Assembly (NCBI GenBank): GCA_964057225.1
Contig: OZ059898.1
Coordinates: forward strand, 682,001 to 746,000
Direction: 5' to 3'
Source of the DNA: Auanema rhodensis
Taxonomy: Eukaryota > Animalia > Nematoda
Length of the DNA stretch: 64,000 nt
The notes under the pieces are model-generated. The model was given only the letters and a program-made list of their open reading frames with translations. It was not told where the DNA came from and made no database searches. Positions within the stretch are counted from its first letter, which is position 1; every line of letters begins with the position of its first letter. Shown here in pieces: positions 1 through 9,100 of the stretch. Both the position numbers and the translations under genes were made by a program.

Positions 1-24
1 AATGTAGTATAGTGCATTCGATGC

Positions 25-79
25 GGATTTTTAAGCTGCGTCGATCTGTGTTATCAGATTTGCGCTAGCTTAAAAATCC
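25..79. other. Long imperfect inverted repeat / potential hairpin (example copy)
   Basis: GGATTTTTAAGCT (25-37) and AGCTTAAAAATCC (67-79) form a perfect 13-bp pair. Inside are GCG/CGC and ATCTG (44-48)/CAGAT (55-59) around a 6-nt loop. Confidence 0.85.
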
Positions 80-353
80 ACCGAGATATCAACTGATATA
101 AGTTCACACATATATATCCTCGATTTTCACCCTGAAGAATTAATTTTTTCGTTGAATAACATTGTCCATCGTCTTTGCCTTGAAAAAAGAAATCTAAAAA
201 CATCTACTTTTTGCTAAATTATTTTGAAATTTTTCGAAAAAATTTTTGTCAAAATGTTTTTGGAAGCAATGTTGAGTGTACATGGAAACTCAACATACAC
301 TAATGCATCATTTTTCAAACGATCATAACTAATTTTTGTATTAAGCGTTTCTC

Positions 354-2467
354 AATGTAGTATAGTGCATTCGATGCGGATTTTTAAGCTGCGTCGATCT
401 GTGTTATCAGATTTGCGCTAGCTTAAAAATCCACCGAGATATCAACTGATATAAGTTCACACATATATATCCTCGATTTTCACCCTGAAGAATTAATTTT
501 TTCGTTGAATAACATTGTCCATCGTCTTTGCCTTAAAAAAAGGAATCTAAAAACATCTACTTTTTGCTAAATTATTTTGAAATTTTTCGAAAAAATTTTT
601 GTCAAAATGTTTTTGGAAGCAATGTTGAGTGTACATGGAAACTCAACATACACTAATGCATTATTTTTCAAACGATCATAACTAATTTTTGTATTAAGCG
701 TTTCTCAATGTAGTATAGTGCATTCGATGCGGATTTTTAAGCTGCGTCGATCTGTGTTATCAGATTTGCGCTAGCTTAAAAATCCACCGAGATATCAACT
801 GATATAAGTTCACACATATATATCCTCGATTTTCACCCTGAAGAATTAATTTTTTCGTTGAATAACATTGTCCATCGTCTTTGCCTTGAAAAAAGGAATC
901 TAAAAACATCTACTTTTTGCTAAATTATTTTGAAATTTTTCGAAAAAATTTTTGTCAAAATGTTTTTGGAAGCAATGTTGAGTGTACATGGAAACTCAAC
1001 ATACACTAATGCATTATTTTTCAAACGATCATAACTAATTTTTGTATTAAGCGTTTCTCAATGTAGTATAGTGCATTCGATGCGGATTTTTAAGCTGCGT
1101 CGATCTGTGTTATCAGATTTGCGCTAGCTTAAAAATCCACCGAGATATCAACTGATATAAGTTCACACTTATATCCTCGATTTTCACCCTGGAGAATTAA
1201 TTTTTTCGTTGAATAACATTGTCCATCGTCTTTGCCTTGAAAAAAGGAATCTAAAAACATCTACTTTTTGCTAAATTATTTTGAAATTTTTCGAAAAAAT
1301 TTTTGTCAAAATGTTTTTGGAAGCAATGTTGAGTGTACATGGAAACTCAACATACACTAATGCATCATTTTTCAAACGATCATAACTAATTTTTGTATTA
1401 AGCGTTTCTCAATGTAGTATAGTGCATTCGATGCGGATTTTTAAGCTGCGTCGATCTGTGTTATCAGATTTGCGCTAGCTTAAAAATCCACCGAGATATC
1501 AACTGATATAAGTTCACACATATATATCCTCGATTTTCACCCTGAAGAATTAATTTTTTCGTTGAATAACATTGTCCATCGTCTTTGCCTTAAAAAAAGG
1601 AATCTAAAAACATCTACTTTTTGCTAAATTATTTTGAAATTTTTCGAAAAAATTTTTGTCAAAATGTTTTTGGAAGCAATGTTGAGTGTACATGGAAACT
1701 CAACATACACTAATGCATTATTTTTCAAACGATCATAACTAATTTTTGTATTAAGCGTTTCTCAATGTAGTATAGTGCATTCGATGCGGATTTTTAAGCT
1801 GCGTCGATCTGTGTTATCAGATTTGCGCTAGCTTAAAAATCCACCGAGATATCAACTGATATAAGTTCACACATATATATCCTCGATTTTCACCCTGAAG
1901 AATTAATTTTTTCGTTGAATAACATTGTCCATCGTCTTTGCCTTGAAAAAAGGAATCTAAAAACATCTACTTTTTGCTAAATTATTTTGAAATTTTTCGA
2001 AAAAATTTTTGTCAAAATGTTTTTGGAAGCAATGTTGAGTGTACATGGAAACTCAACATACACTAATGCATTATTTTTCAAACGATCATAACTAATTTTT
2101 GTATTAAGCGTTTCTCAATGTAGTATAGTGCATTCGATGCGGATTTTTAAGCTGCGTCGATCTGTGTTATCAGATTTGCGCTAGCTTAAAAATCCACCGA
2201 GATATCAACTGATATAAGTTCACACTTATATCCTCGATTTTCACCCTGGAGAATTAATTTTTTCGTTGAATAACATTGTCCATCGTCTTTGCCTTGAAAA
2301 AAGGAATCTAAAAACATCTACTTTTTGCTAAATTATTTTGAAATTTTTCGAAAAAATTTTTGTCAAAATGTTTTTGGAAGCAATGTTGAGTGTACATGGA
2401 AACTCAACATACACTAATGCATCATTTTTCAAACGATCATAACTAATTTTTGTATTAAGCGTTTCTC
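354..2467 (+). repeat. 3-monomer higher-order repeat, two copies (1057-bp period)
   Basis: 354-1410 = 1411-2467. The diagnostic variants ccttAaaa+gcatTa, then gcatTa, then cctgGag occur in the same order in both copies. Confidence 0.93.
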
Positions 2468-2789
2468 AATGTAGTATAGTGCATTCGATGCGGATTTTTA
2501 AGCTGCGTCGATCTGTGTTATCAGATTTGCGCTAGCTTAAAAATCCACCGAGATATCAACTGATATAAGTTCACACATATATATCCTCGATTTTCACCCT
2601 GAAGAATTAATTTTTTCGTTGAATAACATTGTCCATCGTCTTTGCCTTGAAAAAAGGAATCTAAAAACATCTACTTTTTGCTAAATTATTTTGAAATTTT
2701 TCGAAAAAATTTTTGTCAAAATGTTTTTGGAAGCAATGTTGAGTGTACATGGAAACTCAACATACACTAATGCATCATTTTTCAAACGA

Positions 2790-2911
2790 TCATAACTAAT
2801 TTTTGTATTAAGCGTTTCTCAATGTAGTATAGTGCATTCGATGCGGATTTTTAAGCTGCGTCGATCTGTGTTATCAGATTTGCGCTAGCTTAAAAATGCA
2901 CCGAGATATCA
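2790..2911. other. ~120-bp concentric dyad-symmetry module (example copy; one per monomer)
   Basis: ATAACT 2792-2797 / AGATAT 2904-2909, TTAAGC 2808-2813 / GCTTAA 2888-2893 and TCGATGCGG 2838-2846 / CTGCGTCGA 2856-2864 are all centred at 2850.5-2851. Confidence 0.6.
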
Positions 2912-2914
2912 ACT

Positions 2915-2936
2915 GATATAAGTTCACACTTATATC
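2915..2936. other. Perfect 8-bp inverted repeat GATATAAG-N6-CTTATATC (example copy)
   Basis: gatataag 2915-2922, spacer ttcaca, cttatatc 2929-2936. Confidence 0.85.
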
Positions 2937-3086
2937 CTCGATTTTCACCCTGAAGAATTAATTTTTTCGTTGAATAACATTGTCCATCGTCTTTGCCTTG
3001 AAAAAAGGAATCTAAAAACATCTACTTTTTGCTAAATTATTTTGAAATTTTTCGAAAAAATTTTTGTCAAAATGTTTTTGGAAGCA

Positions 3087-3114
3087 ATGTTGAGTGTACA
3101 TGGAAACTCAACAT
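3087..3114. other. Perfect 9-bp inverted repeat ATGTTGAGT-N10-ACTCAACAT (example copy)
   Basis: atgttgagt 3087-3095, spacer gtacatggaa, actcaacat 3106-3114. Seen unchanged in every monomer I read. Confidence 0.9.
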
Positions 3115-6100
3115 ACACTAATGCATCATTTTTCAAACGATCATAACTAATTTTTGTATTAAGCGTTTCTCAATGTAGTATAGTGCATTCGATGCGGATT
3201 TTTAAGCTGCGTCGATCTGTGTTATCAGATTTGCGCTAGCGTAAAAATGCACCGAGATATCAACTGATATAAGTTCACACTTATATCCTCGATTTTCACC
3301 CTGAAGAATTAATTTTTTCGTTGAATAACATTGTCCATCGTCTTTGCCTTGAAAAAAGAAATCTAAAAACATCTACTTTTTGCTAAATTATTTTGAAATT
3401 TTTCGAAAAAAATTTTTGTCAAAATGTTTTTGGAAGCAATGTTGAGTGTACATGGAAACTCAACATACACTAATGCATCATTTTTCAAACGATCATAACT
3501 AATTTTTGTATTAAGCGTTTCTCAATGTAGTATAATGCATTCGATGCGGATTTTTAAGCTGCGTGGATCTGTGTTATCAGATTTGCGCTAGCTTAAAAAT
3601 GCACCGAGATATCAACTGATATAAGTTCACACTTATATCCTCGATTTTCACCCTGAAGAATTAATTTTTTCGTTGAATAACATTGTCCATCGTCTTTGCC
3701 TTGAAAAAAGGAATCTAAAAACATCTACTTTTTGCTAAATTATTTTGAAATTTTTCGAAAAAATTTTTGTCAAAATGTTTTTGGAAGCAATGTTGAGTGT
3801 ACATGGAAACTCAACATACACTAATGCATCATTTTTCAAACGATCATAACTAATTTTTGTATTAAGCGTTTCTTAATGTCGTATAGTGCATTCGATGCGG
3901 ATTTTTAAGCTACGTCGATCTGTGTTATCAGATTTGCGCTAGCTTAAAAATGCACCGGGATATCAACTGATATAAGTTCACACTTATATCCTCGATTTTC
4001 ACCCTGAAGAATTAATTTTTTCGTTGAATAACATTGTCCATCGTCTTTGCCTTGAAAAAAGGAATCTAAAAACATCTACTTGTTGCTAAATTATTTTGAA
4101 ATTTTTCGAAAAAATTTTTGTCAAAATGTTTTTGGAAGCAATGTTGAGTGTACATGGAAACTCAACATACACTAATGCATCATTTTTCAAACGATCATAA
4201 CTAATTTTTGTATTGAGCGTTTCTCAATGTCGTATAGTGCATTCGATGCGGATTTTTAAGCTGCGTCGATCTGTGTTATCAGATTTGCGCTAGCGTAAAA
4301 ATGCACCGAGATATCAACTGATATAAGTTCACACTTATATCCTCGATTTTCACCCTGAAGAATTAATTTTTTCGTTGAATAACATTGTCCATCGTCTTTG
4401 CCTTGAAAAAAGAAATCTAAAAACATCTACTTTTTGCTAAATTATTTTGAAATTTTTCGAAAAAAATTTTTGTCAAAATGTTTTTGGAAGCAATGTTGAG
4501 TGTACATGGAAACTCAACATACACTAATGCATCATTTTTCAAACGATCATAACTAATTTTTGTATTGAGCGTTTCTCAATGTCGTATAGTGCATTCGATG
4601 CGGATTTTTAAGCTGCGTCGATCTGTGTTATCAGATTTGCGCTAGCGTAAAAATGCACCGAGATATCAACTGATATAAGTTCACACTTATATCCTCGATT
4701 TTCACCCTGAAGAATTAATTTTTTCGTTGAATAACATTGTCCATCGTCTTTGCCTTGAAAAAAGGAATCTAAAAACATCTACTTTTTGCTAAATTATTCT
4801 GAAATTTTTCGAAAAAATTTTTGTCAAAATGTTTTTGGAAGCAATGTTGAGTGTACATGGAAACTCAACATACACTAATGCATCATTTTTCAAACGATCA
4901 TAACTAATTTTTGTATTAAGCGTTTCTTAATGTCGTATAGTGCATTCGATGCGGATTTTTAAGCTACGTCGATCTGTGTTATCAGATTTGCGCTAGCTTA
5001 AAAATGCACCGGGATATCAACTGATATAAGTTCACACTTATATCCTCGATTTTCACCCTGAAGAATTAATTTTTTCGTTGAATAACATTGTCCATCGTCT
5101 TTGCCTTGAAAAAAGGAATCTAAAAACATCTACTTTTTGCCAAATTATTTTGAAATTTTTCGAAAAAATTTTTGTCAAAATGTTTTTGGAAGCAATGTTG
5201 AGTGTACATGGAAACTCAACATACACTAATGCATCATTTTTCAAACGATCATAACTAATTTTTGTATTAAGCGTTTCTCAATGTCGTATAGTGCATTCTA
5301 TGCGGATTTTTAAGCTGCGTCGATCTGTGTTATCAGATTTGCGCTAGCTTAAAAATGCACCGAGATATCAACTGATATAAGTTCACACTTATATCCTCGC
5401 TTTTCACCCTGAAGAATTAATTTTTTTGTTGAATAACATTGTCCATCGTCTTTGCCTTGAAAAAAGGAATCTAAAAACATCTACTTTTTGCTAAATTATT
5501 TTGAAATTTTTCGAAAAAATTTTTGTCAAAATGTTTTTGGAAGCAATGTTGAGTGTACATGGAAACTCAACATACACTAATGCATCATTTTTCAAACGAT
5601 CATAACTAATTTTTGTATTAAGCGTTTCTCAATGTAGTATAGTGCATTCGATGCGGATTTTTAAGCTGCGTCGATCTGTGTTATCAGATTTGCGCTAGCT
5701 TAAAAATGCACCGGGATATCAACTGATATAAGTTCACACTTATATCCTCGATTTTCACCCTGAAGAATTGATTTTTTTGTTGAATAACATTGTCCATCGT
5801 CTTTGCCTTGAAAAAAGGAATCTAAAAACATCTACTTTTTGCCAAATTATTTTGAAATTTTTCGAAAAAATTTTTGTCAAAATGTTTTTGGAAGCAATGT
5901 TGAGTGTACATGGAAACTCAACATACACTAATGCATCATTTTTCAAACGATCATAACTAATTTTTGTATTGAGCGTTTCTCAATGTCGTATAGTGCATTC
6001 GATGCGGATTTTTAAGCTGCGTCGATCTTTGTTATCAGATTTGCGCTAGCTTAAAAATGCACCGAGATATCAACTGATTCACACTTATATCCTCGATTTT

Positions 6101-9100
6101 CACCCTGAAGAATTAATTTTTTCGTTGAATAACATTGTCCATCGTCTTTGCCTTGAAAAAAGAAATCTAAAAACATCTACTTTTTGCTAAATTATTTTGA
6201 AATTTTTCGAAAAAAATTTTTGTCAAAATGTTTTTGGAAGCAATGTTGAGTGTACATGGAAACTCAACATACACTAATGCATCATTTTTCAAACGATCAT
6301 AACTAATTTTTGTATTGAGCGTTTCTCAATGTCGTATAGTGCATTCGATGCGGATTTTTAAGCTGCGTCGATCTTTGTTATCAGATTTGCGCTAGCTTAA
6401 AAATGCACCGAGATATCAACTGATTCACACTTATATCCTCGATTTTCACCCTGAAGAATTAATTTTTTCGTTGAATAACATTGTCCATCGTCTTTGCCTT
6501 GAAAAAAGAAATCTAAAAACATCTACTTTTTGCTAAATTATTTTGAAATTTTTCGAAAAAATTTTTGTCAAAATGTTTTTGGAAGCAATGTTGAGTGTAC
6601 ATGGAAACTCAACATACACTAATGCATCATTTTTCAAACGATCATAACTAATTTTTGTATTGAGCGTTTCTCAATGTAGTATAGTGCATTCGATGCGGAT
6701 TTTTAAGCTGCGTCGATCTGTGTTATCAGATTTGCGCTAGCTTAAAAATCCACCGAGATATCAACTGATATAAGTTCACACATATATATCCTCGATTTTC
6801 ACCCTGAAGAATTAATTTTTTCGTTGAATAACATTGTCCATCGTCTTTGCCTTGAAAAAAGGAATCTAAAAACATCTACTTTTTGCTAAATTATTTTGAA
6901 ATTTTTCGAAAAAATTTTTGTCAAAATGTTTTTGGAAGCAATGTTGAGTGTACATGGAAACTCAACATACACTAATGCATCATTTTTCAAACGATCATAA
7001 CTAATTTTTGTATTAAGCGTTTCTCAATGTAGTATAGTGCATTCGATGCGGATTTTTAAGCTGCGTCGATCTGTGTTATCAGATTTGCGCTAGCTTAAAA
7101 ATGCACCGAGATATCAACTGATATAAGTTCACACTTATATCCTCGATTTTCACCCTGAAGAATTAATTTTTTCGTTGAATAACATTGTCCATCGTCTTTG
7201 CCTTGAAAAAAGGAATCTAAAAACATCTACTTTTTGCTAAATTATTTTGAAATTTTTCGAAAAAATTTTTGTCAAAATGTTTTTGGAAGCAATGTTGAGT
7301 GTACATGGAAACTCAACATACACTAATGCATCATTTTTCAAACGATCATAACTAATTTTTGTATTAAGCGTTTCTCAATGTAGTATAGTGCATTCGATGC
7401 GGATTTTTAAGCTGCGTCGATCTGTGTTATCAGATTTGCGCTAGCGTAAAAATGCACCGAGATATCAACTGATATAAGTTCACACTTATATCCTCGATTT
7501 TCACCCTGAAGAATTAATTTTTTCGTTGAATAACATTGTCCATCGTCTTTGCCTTGAAAAAAGAAATCTAAAAACATCTACTTTTTGCTAAATTATTTTG
7601 AAATTTTTCGAAAAAAATTTTTGTCAAAATGTTTTTGGAAGCAATGTTGAGTGTACATGGAAACTCAACATACACTAATGCATCATTTTTCAAACGATCA
7701 TAACTAATTTTTGTATTAAGCGTTTCTCAATGTAGTATAATGCATTCGATGCGGATTTTTAAGCTGCGTGGATCTGTGTTATCAGATTTGCGCTAGCTTA
7801 AAAATGCACCGAGATATCAACTGATATAAGTTCACACTTATATCCTCGATTTTCACCCTGAAGAATTAATTTTTTCGTTGAATAACATTGTCCATCGTCT
7901 TTGCCTTGAAAAAAGGAATCTAAAAACATCTACTTTTTGCTAAATTATTTTGAAATTTTTCGAAAAAATTTTTGTCAAAATGTTTTTGGAAGCAATGTTG
8001 AGTGTACATGGAAACTCAACATACACTAATGCATCATTTTTCAAACGATCATAACTAATTTTTGTATTAAGCGTTTCTTAATGTCGTATAGTGCATTCGA
8101 TGCGGATTTTTAAGCTACGTCGATCTGTGTTATCAGATTTGCGCTAGCTTAAAAATGCACCGGGATATCAACTGATATAAGTTCACACTTATATCCTCGA
8201 TTTTCACCCTGAAGAATTAATTTTTTCGTTGAATAACATTGTCCATCGTCTTTGCCTTGAAAAAAGGAATCTAAAAACATCTACTTGTTGCTAAATTATT
8301 TTGAAATTTTTCGAAAAAATTTTTGTCAAAATGTTTTTGGAAGCAATGTTGAGTGTACATGGAAACTCAACATACACTAATGCATCATTTTTCAAACGAT
8401 CATAACTAATTTTTGTATTGAGCGTTTCTCAATGTCGTATAGTGCATTCGATGCGGATTTTTAAGCTGCGTCGATCTGTGTTATCAGATTTGCGCTAGCG
8501 TAAAAATGCACCGAGATATCAACTGATATAAGTTCACACTTATATCCTCGATTTTCACCCTGAAGAATTAATTTTTTCGTTGAATAACATTGTCCATCGT
8601 CTTTGCCTTGAAAAAAGAAATCTAAAAACATCTACTTTTTGCTAAATTATTTTGAAATTTTTCGAAAAAAATTTTTGTCAAAATGTTTTTGGAAGCAATG
8701 TTGAGTGTACATGGAAACTCAACATACACTAATGCATCATTTTTCAAACGATCATAACTAATTTTTGTATTAAGCGTTTCTCAATGTAGTATAGTGCATT
8801 CGATGCGGATTTTTAAGCTGCGTGGATCTGTGTTATCAGATTTGCGCTAGCTTAAAAATGCACCGAGATATCAACTGATATAAGTTCACACTTATATCCT
8901 CGATTTTCACCCTGAAGAATTAATTTTTTCGTTGAATAACATTGTCCATCGTCTTTGCCTTGAAAAAAGGAATCTAAAAACATCTACTTTTTGCTAAATT
9001 ATTCTGAAATTTTTCGAAAAAATTTTTGTCAAAATGTTTTTGGAAGCAATGTTGAGTGTACATGGAAACTCAACATACACTAATGCATCATTTTTCAAAC

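Larger units (their letters stand above)
2821..3171 (+). repeat. Representative consensus-type 351-bp monomer (arbitrary phase)
   Basis: Carries the majority base at the variable sites I tracked and matches monomers at 7026, 13692, 15447 and 18606. Has 110/351 G+C and single NheI (gctagc), EcoRV (gatatc), BstBI (ttcgaa), BsrGI (tgtaca) and NsiI (atgcat) sites. Confidence 0.95.

Noticed and set aside
2821-3171. Identity with the Drosophila 1.688 (359-bp) satellite or primate alpha satellite / CENP-B box
   Set aside because: Only the length and AT-richness resemble 1.688. I see no sequence match and no canonical CENP-B box, so the family is left unassigned.
2821-3171. Monomer as an ancient dimer of ~175-bp halves
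   Set aside because: The two halves show no alignable similarity by eye.
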